DNA of 64,000 bases from an uncultured Gammaproteobacteria bacterium (GCA_964597575.1 CAZQXB010000001.1:206792-270791); one strand, 5' to 3'; positions 38,939-48,438 are shown, counted from the stretch's first letter. Translations and numbers: made by a program. The notes: generated by a model from the sequence alone, not told the origin.

Positions 38939-40507
38939 ATGAATACCCTTTTTCCTCGAAAAACTGCCCTCCTTATTTTGGATGGTTTTGGTCTTGCCCC
39001 ATTTGATCGCCCAGGAAATGCTATTCGCCCGGATACTGCTCCTCATATTTTTGAGTATAAGAAAAAGTACACGGCCACGGAATTAAATACCACTGGGGCA
39101 ACAGTGGGTCTCTTTCCAAATCAAAAGGGAAATTCCGAGGCCGGACATTTAACTATCGGGACTGGTCGAATTGTAAAACAAGATTTGGTACGAATTTCTG
39201 AAGCGATTAGTAATGGTACTTTTTTTAAGAATGAAGCCTTTAAACAGGCTACTCATCACGCCAAAAAATATCATACGGCGGCACACATTTTCGCCCTCCT
39301 TACTGATGGAAACAGTGCTCATGCATACCCAGAACATATTTTTGCCACACTTGAGTATCTTCGCCGCGAAGAAATTCGTGAAGTGTACCTGCATCTTTTT
39401 ACCGATGGTCGAGACAGCTCTCCGCATAATGCTCTGGTGTTTCTTCAGGCGCTTCGGGGTCATATGGTTGGGGGGGAGAAAATCGCGACAATGATGGGTC
39501 GCTACTATGGTATGGATCGAAATAAGACATGGTCGCGTACGAAAGAAGCTTATGAAGCTATTGTTTTTGGTAAAGGGGGTCATGTTGCCAAAAGTGCCGA
39601 GGAGGCGATAACTCTTGCCTACAGTCGAGGTGAGACCGACGAGTATATTACCCCAACCGTTATTGTTGATGACGAATCAAAACCTATCGGAACCGTAGAT
39701 GATAACGATGTTATTTTTTTTACAAATGCACGCAGCGATCGGGCAAGACAATTGACTAAAGCCTTTGTGCAAGAGGATTTTCAGAAACTAAATCCAGGAG
39801 CTTTTCGACGCTCTCGGGTACCAAAAAATATCCGTTTTGTTGCCATGACTGATTTCGGACCGGATTTGCCAGGAGTGTTCACTGCTTTTCCAAGTCCAGA
39901 TGTACCAAATGCTTTGGCTAAAGCAATTGGAGAGAGCTATCGCCAATTATTTATTTCTGAAACAGAAAAGTATGCTCATGTAACATACTTTATTAATGGT
40001 GGGTACGCTGAACCAATAAACGGGGAAAAACGAGAATTGGTTGCCTCGTCTCCAATTTTATCGTATGCAGATTTACCGGAAATGAATGCGGCAGTGCTTG
40101 CTGATCGAATTGCAAGTGCATTTAAAGAAGATGAATATGATTTTGTGTGTACTAATTTTCCTAATGCTGATATGGTGGGGCATACGGGAAATCTTTCAGC
40201 AGCCGAAACTGCGGTTCGGGCCTTGGATAACGCCGTGGCTTTGGTGGTTGAAACGACTCTCTCGCTCGGTGGTCAAGTAATGATTGTTGCCGACCATGGA
40301 AATGCTGAAGAGATGATTAATCTGGCCACTGGGGATATTATGACTGAACACACCAGAAACCTGGTTCCTTGTATTATTATCGGGAAAGGGTTTGAGAAGA
40401 TGCCGATAAAACCCGCAGGAACATTGGCTGATGTTGCTCCAACCTTGCTTCACATGATGGGACTTCCTCAACCCGAGGAAATGACAGGAAAATCATTATT
40501 ATTGTAA
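38939..40507 (+). CDS. gpmI: 2,3-bisphosphoglycerate-independent phosphoglycerate mutase (iPGM), copy 1.
   Basis: ALLILDGFG ... NSEAGHLTIGTGRIV ... iPGM phosphatase and transferase domain motifs. The start was set at MNTLFPRK. Confidence 0.9.
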   Translation: MNTLFPRKTALLILDGFGLAPFDRPGNAIRPDTAPHIFEYKKKYTATELNTTGATVGLFPNQKGNSEAGHLTIGTGRIVKQDLVRISEAISNGTFFKNEAFKQATHHAKKYHTAAHIFALLTDGNSAHAYPEHIFATLEYLRREEIREVYLHLFTDGRDSSPHNALVFLQALRGHMVGGEKIATMMGRYYGMDRNKTWSRTKEAYEAIVFGKGGHVAKSAEEAITLAYSRGETDEYITPTVIVDDESKPIGTVDDNDVIFFTNARSDRARQLTKAFVQEDFQKLNPGAFRRSRVPKNIRFVAMTDFGPDLPGVFTAFPSPDVPNALAKAIGESYRQLFISETEKYAHVTYFINGGYAEPINGEKRELVASSPILSYADLPEMNAAVLADRIASAFKEDEYDFVCTNFPNADMVGHTGNLSAAETAVRALDNAVALVVETTLSLGGQVMIVADHGNAEEMINLATGDIMTEHTRNLVPCIIIGKGFEKMPIKPAGTLADVAPTLLHMMGLPQPEEMTGKSLLL

Positions 40508-40511
40508 TGAT

Positions 40512-42083
40512 ATGGCTCGACCAAAACCAGTGGTGCTCGCAATTCTGGATGGCTGGGGAGTTGCGCCTGACGCTGAAGGTAACGCCATTACTCGTGCGCG
40601 ATTACCACATATTAGTCAGTTTATCCGCGAATACCCAGTCATGACCCTCTTTGCTTCTGGTACAGAGGTCGGTCTTTCTTTTGGAGAGATGGGAAATTCT
40701 GAGGTGGGACATTTAAATATCGGTGCTGGTCGTGTGTACTACCAAACATTTCCGCGCATTCAAAAAAGTATCTTAGACGATTCTTTTTTTACCAATAAGG
40801 CTTTTCTTGAAACGATCGAGCAAGTGAAGGCAAAAAAAACAGCACTTCATATCATGGGACTTGTTTCTCCTGGAAATGTGCATGCAAGCGATAAACATTG
40901 TTTAGCTCTTTTGAAATTGGCCAAACAGCACCGAATCAAAAATGTCTTCGTTCATGTATTTCTTGATGGGCGCGATACGGTATATAACGGGGGCAAAGAA
41001 TTTGTGGCCGCTCTTGAAACAGAAATGCGTCGCATGGGGGTCGGAAAAATTGCCAGCATCTCTGGACGATTTTATGCGATGGATCGCGATAATCGATGGG
41101 AGCGTATCGAGCAGGCCTACCGAGCTATTGCTGAAGGGAAGGGGCCTCTTATGCCAAGTGCGGCTTTGGCCATTGAATCTTCTTATGAGCGCGGAGTATA
41201 CGACGAAGAATTTGTTCCTGTTGTTATTGGCAAAGACGGTCCTACTGGCAAGGTTTCTTCTGGGGATGGCATTATTTTTTTCAATTTTCGCCCTGATCGT
41301 GCGCGAGAACTCACCAAAGCTTTCGTATTGCCGAGTTTTGCAAAATTTGAACGAACGTATATTGAAAATTTGGCTTTTGTAACCATGACCGAGTATGAAA
41401 AAGAAATTCCGGTCTCGGTGGCATATCCGCCACAAATCATTCATGGGTGTTTAGCCGAAGTGATCAGTGCTGCTGGTTTGAAACAGCTTCATGTCGCTGA
41501 AACAGAAAAGTATGCTCACGTTACTTTCTTTTTAAATGGAACGGTTGAAGAACCATTTCCTGGAGAAACGCGTCAAATTGTTCCGTCGCCCAGAGTAGCC
41601 TCGTACGACCAGGCACCAGAAATGGCCGCGGCTGACATTACGAAAATGGTCGTTGCGGCAATTGAGGGAGGAGAGTACGATGTTATTATTTGTAATTTCG
41701 CGAATGCAGACATGGTTGGGCATACGGGAAATTTTGAAGCCTCAGTAAAAGCGTGTGAGGCGATTGATCGATCGCTCGGTCTCATTGCCGATCATGTGCT
41801 TGCCAAAGACGGTGTGTTATTGATTACAGCAGACCACGGAAATGCGGAAGAAACGGTGAATTTGCACACAGGGACGATGGATAAAGAACACAGTAATAAC
41901 CCTGTTCCATTCATGATTATTGGGCACCGTTTTCGAGGCGAGGTAGGGCCGGCAGGTGATCCAATTAATGGTGACATCAGTTTACTTTCACCCGTTGGTA
42001 TTTTGTCTGATGTCGCGCCAACCATGTTGTCTATTTTGGGAATCAACCAACCTCCGGAAATGACGGGTCGGCCACTTATTTAG
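40512..42083 (+). CDS. gpmI: 2,3-bisphosphoglycerate-independent phosphoglycerate mutase (iPGM), copy 2, a diverged tandem paralogue.
   Basis: VVLAILDGWGVAP ... NSEVGHLNIGAGRVYYQ ... SETEKYAHVTFF ... ADMVGHTGN. It lies 5 nt after copy 1. Confidence 0.9.
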   Translation: MARPKPVVLAILDGWGVAPDAEGNAITRARLPHISQFIREYPVMTLFASGTEVGLSFGEMGNSEVGHLNIGAGRVYYQTFPRIQKSILDDSFFTNKAFLETIEQVKAKKTALHIMGLVSPGNVHASDKHCLALLKLAKQHRIKNVFVHVFLDGRDTVYNGGKEFVAALETEMRRMGVGKIASISGRFYAMDRDNRWERIEQAYRAIAEGKGPLMPSAALAIESSYERGVYDEEFVPVVIGKDGPTGKVSSGDGIIFFNFRPDRARELTKAFVLPSFAKFERTYIENLAFVTMTEYEKEIPVSVAYPPQIIHGCLAEVISAAGLKQLHVAETEKYAHVTFFLNGTVEEPFPGETRQIVPSPRVASYDQAPEMAAADITKMVVAAIEGGEYDVIICNFANADMVGHTGNFEASVKACEAIDRSLGLIADHVLAKDGVLLITADHGNAEETVNLHTGTMDKEHSNNPVPFMIIGHRFRGEVGPAGDPINGDISLLSPVGILSDVAPTMLSILGINQPPEMTGRPLI

Positions 42084-43209
42084 CGAGAAGGGGGAGTACC
42101 AATGCTTCCGCATCTTTTAAGTTGGTGTGCGATAAAAGCAGTCGCGCCTGGTGGGCATTGCCCTCTGGGTGAAGGCTCTGTAAAAGTTGTTTTGCATCAT
42201 CAGTCGAGCGAGTTGTTCGAAGAATAACATGAACCAATTGCGGAGTATTTGGGTCCTCAATAAAAAGAAGGATCTTTTTTGCTTCTGGCGCATTGGTAAT
42301 AAGCTCATCAATACTCTCAAGAGCATCAGCGACATTGGAACCACTGCGAGTTAATTCATCCCGCGTAACCGTGCTCGTAACGGTTTGGGTGCTGGGGTCG
42401 TGAGCCAGGTGTGAGAGGATACTTCCCCACAATTTAAGCGTGCTAATACGTTTGGTGTAAAAAAGCTGACGCACAATATGCCCTCGATCCGCTCCGTTTT
42501 CAATAAGTTCGCTCGCGGTGCGCAACGTAGCCGGAGCCAGGGTTCCCGATTTAAAACTGCGGGTGGCGGCAATAATACCTGTAAGGAGCATGGTGGCTGT
42601 TGTTTCGTGAATTGGTTCTTTGCTTATATGTTTAAATAATTCGTAGCACACCTCAGCGATTGTCGTTTTTGTAATATCAATAATATTGATGTGTCCGTAG
42701 CGGGTATGTTCGGTATTTCGGTCAATCGCGATGACCGGAGTTTCCTGAAACAGCGAAGTGTTGTTTTTGTAGGTATCATGAAGACTGTCAAGCGTTGGGG
42801 CGCCAAGCACAAACACCACATCGTAGAGAAATGGAGATTGCGCAGTTGTTACCAGGTGATGATCAATCGTACCTTGTTTTGGTGTAACCATGATCCGAAG
42901 CTGGTCATCTTTGACGTCGTAGCTTAAATCCTTTACTCCGTGGTCGCGCACATTGATCGTGATGACAAATTTTTGCTGAGGGGGGAGAAAAGGTTTGATG
43001 GTGTCACTTTGGGGTAAAAAGTGATAGGGATGATCTTTCGGAAGATCGGTTCCAACAATGTCAATTTGTCGACCTGGACGAGCAAAAAAGCGCGCACAGG
43101 CTAAGGCGCTACCAAGGCCGTCCCCACCACTTTCCCCAGGAAAAACAATCAGCACTCTTGCGGCAGAGGCCATTAGGTGGGCAACTTGTTCATATGCGGA
43201 AATGGCCAT
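42076..43209 (-). CDS. DHH-superfamily phosphoesterase (NrnA-like oligoribonuclease / pAp phosphatase family).
   Basis: The N-terminal VLIVFPGESGGDGLGSALA resembles the NrnA hhhxHxxPDxDxxGS motif, with a DHH motif (GTIDHH) and a C-terminal DHHA1-like region. The 3' end overlaps the gpmI copy 2 stop by 8 nt. Confidence 0.6.
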   Translation of the reverse strand: MAISAYEQVAHLMASAARVLIVFPGESGGDGLGSALACARFFARPGRQIDIVGTDLPKDHPYHFLPQSDTIKPFLPPQQKFVITINVRDHGVKDLSYDVKDDQLRIMVTPKQGTIDHHLVTTAQSPFLYDVVFVLGAPTLDSLHDTYKNNTSLFQETPVIAIDRNTEHTRYGHINIIDITKTTIAEVCYELFKHISKEPIHETTATMLLTGIIAATRSFKSGTLAPATLRTASELIENGADRGHIVRQLFYTKRISTLKLWGSILSHLAHDPSTQTVTSTVTRDELTRSGSNVADALESIDELITNAPEAKKILLFIEDPNTPQLVHVILRTTRSTDDAKQLLQSLHPEGNAHQARLLLSHTNLKDAEALVLPLLAK

Positions 43210-43284
43210 ATATTCAGCTCATAAGCGAATTTTTTAATTCGCTGATCGGATGAACACCTCCTTCCCACAGGTGGCGTGGGGGTG

Positions 43285-43650
43285 TTACTTATATCGCATA
43301 TCTGGGAATTCTGCGGAACCATGCTTGGTTTTTGGGCTTTCCTCTTCTTGAATTTGCCAGAGCCATGCCAGTGTAAACAAAGTGCCGGCTAGGCCAAGGA
43401 TACTGAACCAGTACCCTTCAAAATCCTTGAACCACTCCCAGGACAAAATGGCATAGAAACCCGTAGCGTATACCCAGGGCATGAGTTTTTTCGGGGTGAG
43501 AACAAATGCCGCGAGTGTCGTTACCGCCAAGAAGCACTCGCCAGAACCTAGTTGGTCCTGATAGTAGCTCACGAATTCGATGAACCATTTGCCCGTTACG
43601 GCAATAAAGAAAAGAGCAATAAGGAGTTTAGGGAAGAGTTTTTTCTTCAC
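43285..43650 (-). CDS. Hypothetical small membrane protein (about 4 TM helices).
   Basis: 121-aa ORF with four hydrophobic segments. No motif recognised. Confidence 0.4.
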   Translation of the reverse strand: MKKKLFPKLLIALFFIAVTGKWFIEFVSYYQDQLGSGECFLAVTTLAAFVLTPKKLMPWVYATGFYAILSWEWFKDFEGYWFSILGLAGTLFTLAWLWQIQEEESPKTKHGSAEFPDMRYK

Positions 43651-43759
43651 GGACTACCTACCTTTCTTATTTCTTTTATAGGTTGAAAAAACGAAGAAAG
43701 AGTGGTGCAGCGGTCGGGGATGAAATACCGACCGCTGCAGCGTGTTGTCTCGGCCTGCT

Positions 43760-43867
43760 TCATTTAGCCTTCCTTCGCTCCCGCTTGTTCTTCACGCGGC
43801 CGGTCATGGCCACCTGTCCGGTCGGGAAGAGAAGACCCATGCCAACATCGAAGATCACGTTTTGCAT
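43760..43867 (-). CDS. Candidate 35-aa small protein (MQNVIFDVGMGLLFPTGQVAMTGRVKNKRERRKAK) with a hydrophobic N-half and a highly basic C-tail.
   Basis: Not in the ORF track (below the length cut-off). Strong SD aGGAGGG 8 nt upstream of the ATG. A hairpin sits immediately upstream (43876-43900) and a 13-bp-stem terminator hairpin with a T-tract downstream (43705-43742). The local sequence is GC-rich relative to the flanks. Confidence 0.3.
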   Translation of the reverse strand: MQNVIFDVGMGLLFPTGQVAMTGRVKNKRERRKAK

Positions 43868-44082
43868 TAACGCACCCTCCTAAAGACGCGTTTCGCGTCT
43901 TTACCCGCACCTGCCCGAATTGGCCGGTGAAGGTAGAAAACGCCAAACCCTAACTCGAGAGTATAGAAGATTATTCTTTTTTTGTCAATAGAGCCAAATA
44001 TACCGCTTTGTGTATTAAAAAAGTGCTGAATAAAGCAAAAAACTTGCCTTTTATCGCTCTTTTTTATACAATAATAAATACT

Positions 44083-47000
44083 ATGAAAGAATTGTCAAAA
44101 GCCTTTGAGGCAAAACAGTACGAAGACTCTATCTATAAGCGCTGGGAAGAAAGCGGGTTTTTTAACCCTGATGTTTGTGTAGAAAAGGGGGTTACTGACG
44201 CTCGTGCTGAGGCGTTTACGGTTATTCTTCCGCCTCCAAATGTTACCGGAACTCTTCATATGGGTCACGCGTCCATGCTTGCCATTGAAGATCTTATGGT
44301 TCGGTACCACCGTATGAAAGGAGAGAAGACTCTTTGGCTTCCAGGAACCGATCATGCCGCCATTGCAACACAATCAAAGGTAGAAAAAATGATTAAAGAA
44401 AAAGAAGGAAAATCGCGCTACGATTTAGGCCGCGACCCTTTTCTGGCCCGAGTTCACCAGTTTGCGAAGGAATCCCATGATACGATTGTGAATCAGTGTA
44501 AAAAAATGGGCTCTTCGCTTGATTGGTCACGAGAAGCGTTCACGCTCGATGAGCCACGGAATCGGGCGGTACGAACCATGTTTAAAAAGATGTACGATGA
44601 TGGTCTGATTTATCGTGGGTCTCGTATTGTGAACTGGGATCCAAAAGGACAAACGACCATTTCAGACGATGAGCTTGTGTATGTTGAAGAAAAAACAACG
44701 TTTTATTATTTCAAATATGGGCCGTTTGTTATTGGAACTGCCCGTCCTGAAACAAAATTCGGCGATAAGTATGTGGTAATGCATCCAGACGATGAACGGT
44801 ATGCTGCGTATAAGCATGGTGATACCATTTCGGTCGAATGGATTAATGGGCCGATTACCGCCACAATTATTAAGGATACTGCCATTGATATGGCATTTGG
44901 AACAGGTGTCATGACGATTACCCCCTGGCACAGCGTGGTCGATTTTGAGATTGCTGAGCGCCACGGGCTCGAGAAAGAACAGATTATTGATGAGGCGGGG
45001 AAGCTTCTGCCGATTGCGGGAGAGTTTTCTGGTCTCCCCATATCAAAGGCGCGTGCCGGTATTGTGGAAAAATTGCGCACTAAGGGCCTTCTTGTAAGAG
45101 AAGAAGACTATGCTCACCAGGTAGCTACGGCTGAACGCACCGGTGCTTTGGTTGAACCACAAATTAAATTGCAGTGGTTTGTGAATGTAAATAAAGAATT
45201 TGAGCGCGATGGAAAAAAGACGACGCTTAAATCTCTTATGCAGGAGGCAGTAAAGAGTAAAAATATAGAAATTCTGCCCGATCGTTTTGAAAAGATCTAT
45301 TTTAGTTGGATTAATAATTTGCGTGACTGGTGTATTAGTCGCCAAATTTGGTACGGCCATCAAATTCCTGTGTGGTATCGCGGAAGCGAAATATATTGTG
45401 GCATCACTCCGCCTGCAGGAGAGGGGTGGGTGCAGGATTCAGATAGCCTCGACACCTGGTTTTCTTCAGGGCTCTGGACGTTCTCTACTTTAGGTTGGCC
45501 AGAAACGACGATTCATTTCGTGCGCCATGGGGAAGCAGAAAATAACGCTGCGAATATTGTTGACGACGGCACTGGTCCACGATCTTTTCCTCTTACAAAA
45601 AAGGGGCGAGAGCAGGTGAAAAAAACCGCCAAAGCGCTTGCGAAACAATCGATCGGTGTTATTATTTCTTCTCCCGTTCCCCGCGCTAAAGAAACCGCGG
45701 AAATTATTGCTTCAGAAGTTGGCGTGGAAATTATGTATGACGAAGCTCTCCGAGAAATTGGAATGGGCGATCTTCTCTACACTTCTCAAGATGAATTTCA
45801 TGCCAAACGTGGAGATTTTGATCGCTGGCACCACGATTCACCACACGGTGTCGAATCCTACGATGCACTTAAAGCACGTACTGCGGCATGTTTAGAAAAA
45901 ATTCTCGAAACGTACCGAGGTAAAACCGTTGTCATTGTGTCGCACGGAGACCCTATTGCTACCATGAAAAAACTCGGCACAAAATTACCTGATGGTGTGT
46001 ACGATTTGCCAGACACCGGTTCCGCCACGACCTGCACGTTTAATAATGCAAATACCCAGTCGACCGACTTCTCGGTATTTCACCCAACCTCAGTACTCGA
46101 GACCGGATATGACATCATCTTTTTTTGGGTGGCCCGCATGATTCTCATGGCAACATATGCGTTAGATCAAATTCCGTTTCGTACGGTGTACCTCCATGGA
46201 CTTGTGCGTGATGCTGAAGGGAAAAAAATGAGCAAATCCCTTGGAAATATTATTGACCCGCTCGACATGATCGAGAAGTATGGAACCGACGCTACACGTT
46301 TGTCGCTTCTTGTGGGGAATACTCCTGGAAACGACCTAAAACTTTCCGAAGAAAAAATTGCTGGATTTAGAAATTTTACCAATAAAATCTGGAACATTTC
46401 TCGCTTCATGCTTTTGAACATCGAAACGCCGCAGGCAGCAGTTACATGTCCAGAGCCAGAAACAGCGACCGATGCTTGGATTCTCTCTGAACTTTCAGCT
46501 ACGATTGAAGCGTACAGCGGACACCTTGATCAATTTGAGTACTCACAAGCAGGGGAGTTGCTTCGTGCGTTTACGTATGATACGCTGGCTGATTGGTATC
46601 TTGAACTTGCAAAACTTGAAGGGAGAAAAGATGTGTTACTCAATTATATTTTGAACACCCTCCTTACGCTGTGGCATCCGTTTATGCCATTTGTGACAGA
46701 AACAATCTGGCAAGAAATGTACGGCAAGGATGCGTTTCTTATGGTGCAGCGTTGGCCGGAGATAAAAAAAGTGAAGAAGTCAAAAAAAGAAAATCCGGTC
46801 ATGTCCGTACAAAAGGTGGTTTTAGCACTCCGTCAGTTAAAATCCGATTATCGTATTTCAAAAGCAGAAGAGGCCAGTATTGTGGCTGATAAAGGTGTGA
46901 AAAAAGAACTTGAATCGTTCCTTCCGCATATAGCGAAACTTGCCGGTGTAGTTACCATGACGTTTGCCTCAGAAATTCCAGATGGTGCCGTACATACGTT

Positions 47001-47244
47001 GGTACAGGGGGTGGGTAAAGTTACACTAACAGTAAAAGGACAGGTGGATACCGCAAAGGAAAAGATTCGTATTCAAAAAGAAATAGACTCAGTTGCGCCG
47101 TACCTCCAGGCCCTTAAAGGAAAACTTTCAAATGAAAGCTTTGTGTCGAAGGCACCGCCGCAAGTGATTGAGATTGAAAAGAAAAAACTTGCTGACGCGG
47201 AAGAAAAATTAATAAAACTTACGGAGCAACTCGCTTCACTATAA
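44083..47244 (+). CDS. valS: Valyl-tRNA synthetase carrying an in-frame insertion of about 190 aa: a histidine-phosphatase (phosphoglycerate-mutase superfamily) domain.
   Basis: HMGH (HIGH), KMSKS, tRNA-binding and the C-terminal coiled-coil are all present. Between the conserved ...WFSSGLWTFSTLGWPE and FHPTSVLETGYDIIFFWVARM blocks (normally about 7 aa apart) lies HFVRHGEAENN...SSPVPRAKETAEII...VVIVSHGDPI. The start was set at MKELSKAFEAKQYE. Confidence 0.9.
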   Translation: MKELSKAFEAKQYEDSIYKRWEESGFFNPDVCVEKGVTDARAEAFTVILPPPNVTGTLHMGHASMLAIEDLMVRYHRMKGEKTLWLPGTDHAAIATQSKVEKMIKEKEGKSRYDLGRDPFLARVHQFAKESHDTIVNQCKKMGSSLDWSREAFTLDEPRNRAVRTMFKKMYDDGLIYRGSRIVNWDPKGQTTISDDELVYVEEKTTFYYFKYGPFVIGTARPETKFGDKYVVMHPDDERYAAYKHGDTISVEWINGPITATIIKDTAIDMAFGTGVMTITPWHSVVDFEIAERHGLEKEQIIDEAGKLLPIAGEFSGLPISKARAGIVEKLRTKGLLVREEDYAHQVATAERTGALVEPQIKLQWFVNVNKEFERDGKKTTLKSLMQEAVKSKNIEILPDRFEKIYFSWINNLRDWCISRQIWYGHQIPVWYRGSEIYCGITPPAGEGWVQDSDSLDTWFSSGLWTFSTLGWPETTIHFVRHGEAENNAANIVDDGTGPRSFPLTKKGREQVKKTAKALAKQSIGVIISSPVPRAKETAEIIASEVGVEIMYDEALREIGMGDLLYTSQDEFHAKRGDFDRWHHDSPHGVESYDALKARTAACLEKILETYRGKTVVIVSHGDPIATMKKLGTKLPDGVYDLPDTGSATTCTFNNANTQSTDFSVFHPTSVLETGYDIIFFWVARMILMATYALDQIPFRTVYLHGLVRDAEGKKMSKSLGNIIDPLDMIEKYGTDATRLSLLVGNTPGNDLKLSEEKIAGFRNFTNKIWNISRFMLLNIETPQAAVTCPEPETATDAWILSELSATIEAYSGHLDQFEYSQAGELLRAFTYDTLADWYLELAKLEGRKDVLLNYILNTLLTLWHPFMPFVTETIWQEMYGKDAFLMVQRWPEIKKVKKSKKENPVMSVQKVVLALRQLKSDYRISKAEEASIVADKGVKKELESFLPHIAKLAGVVTMTFASEIPDGAVHTLVQGVGKVTLTVKGQVDTAKEKIRIQKEIDSVAPYLQALKGKLSNESFVSKAPPQVIEIEKKKLADAEEKLIKLTEQLASL
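45504..46077 (+). other. Histidine-phosphatase-superfamily domain inserted into ValS (RHG...R...SHG catalytic signature).
   Basis: RHGE(A)ENN, LTKKGREQ, ISSPVPRAKETA and VSHG motifs in the order expected for PF00300-type phosphatases. Confidence 0.75.
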
Positions 47245-47249
47245 TCACT

Positions 47250-48413
47250 ATGACAGATGCAATTACAGAACTTCTCACTCGAGGAGTGGGGGAGGTTATT
47301 GATGGAAGACATTTGGAAAAGCGTCTCCGTTCCGGAGAAAAACTTCGGGTAAAATTAGGAATTGATCCAACAAGCCCTCATTTGCACCTTGGTCGTTCTA
47401 TCCCACTACTGAAACTAAGGGATTTTCAGGAACTCGGGCATCATATTGTGTTCATTATCGGAGATTTTACGGGTGTTATTGGGGATACCTCAGATAAAGA
47501 TTCAGAGCGCCCGATGCTTACTCGAGAAACCGTGGAGGCGAATATGAAAACATACGCTGCGCAGGCGGGGAAGATTCTTGATATGGATAAGTGTGAAGTC
47601 CACTATAATAGCTCGGGTCTTGCTGCTCTTACCTACGCCGACATTTGTCGCCAAGCAGACGCTTTTTCTGTCGCCGAATTTATTGCGCGAGATAATATTT
47701 TTCGTCGTCTCGAGGCAAATAAACGTGTGTCTCTTCGTGAAATGCTGTACCCGTTAATGCAGGGGTATGATTCTGTGGTCGTAAAGGCAGATGTAGAGGT
47801 AGGGGGAACCGACCAGCGTTTTAATTTGCTCGCGGGGCGAACGCTTCAGGCCGCGTATGGGCAAGAACCGCAAGATATTATTACCAACCCTCTTATTTTG
47901 GGCACAGACGGAAGAAAGATGAGCTCAAGTTGGGGGAATACCATCACTTTGTCGGATACTTCCAATGATATGTATGGGAAGGTCATGTCGATTCCCGATA
48001 GTTTGATCATTTCTTACGCCACGATGACAACACGTCTGCCTATGGTTCAGGTAGAGGAGTGGAGGGTTTCCATGGACGGAGGAGAAAATCCACGGAATTT
48101 TAAAATGAAACTCGCGAAAGAACTTGTGCGAATGTATCATGGTGAGGAACAGGCGGTACAGGCGGAACAGTTTTTTATCGATACGTTTGCCAAAAAACAA
48201 ATCCCTACAGATATGGTAGAACTCACTCCGAGTGCATTCGACATTCTAACCATTCTTGTAGAAGCAGGTTTTGCCAAAAGTCGCGGAGAGGCTCGCCGTG
48301 ATATCGAGGGCGGAGGTGTGAAGATTAATGAAGAAAAAGTAGGGCTTGAGGCGGTTGCAAAAACAGGAGATATTGTGCAAAAAGGAAAACGATTTTTTGT
48401 TCGTATCCGATAA
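47250..48413 (+). CDS. tyrS: Tyrosyl-tRNA synthetase (with a C-terminal S4-like domain).
   Basis: GIDPTSPHLHLG (HIGH region) and KMSSS (KMSKS variant: KMSSSWGN). Confidence 0.9.
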   Translation: MTDAITELLTRGVGEVIDGRHLEKRLRSGEKLRVKLGIDPTSPHLHLGRSIPLLKLRDFQELGHHIVFIIGDFTGVIGDTSDKDSERPMLTRETVEANMKTYAAQAGKILDMDKCEVHYNSSGLAALTYADICRQADAFSVAEFIARDNIFRRLEANKRVSLREMLYPLMQGYDSVVVKADVEVGGTDQRFNLLAGRTLQAAYGQEPQDIITNPLILGTDGRKMSSSWGNTITLSDTSNDMYGKVMSIPDSLIISYATMTTRLPMVQVEEWRVSMDGGENPRNFKMKLAKELVRMYHGEEQAVQAEQFFIDTFAKKQIPTDMVELTPSAFDILTILVEAGFAKSRGEARRDIEGGGVKINEEKVGLEAVAKTGDIVQKGKRFFVRIR

Positions 48414-48438
48414 ATAAACTAAGGGAAATCGCACTTCT

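Noticed and set aside
43950-44083. T-box or other leader riboswitch upstream of valS/tyrS/argS and trpS
   Set aside because: Upstream regions are short or AT-rich with no specifier-loop or T-box (AATTAGGGTGGNACCGCG-like) sequence. The aaRS genes are separated by only 5-25 nt.
45504-46077. Possible intein within valS
   Set aside because: The insertion lacks intein hallmarks (no Cys/Ser/Thr at the N-junction and no HN plus Cys/Ser/Thr at the C-junction, and no Hint or homing-endonuclease blocks). It instead carries clean RHG/SHG histidine-phosphatase motifs.
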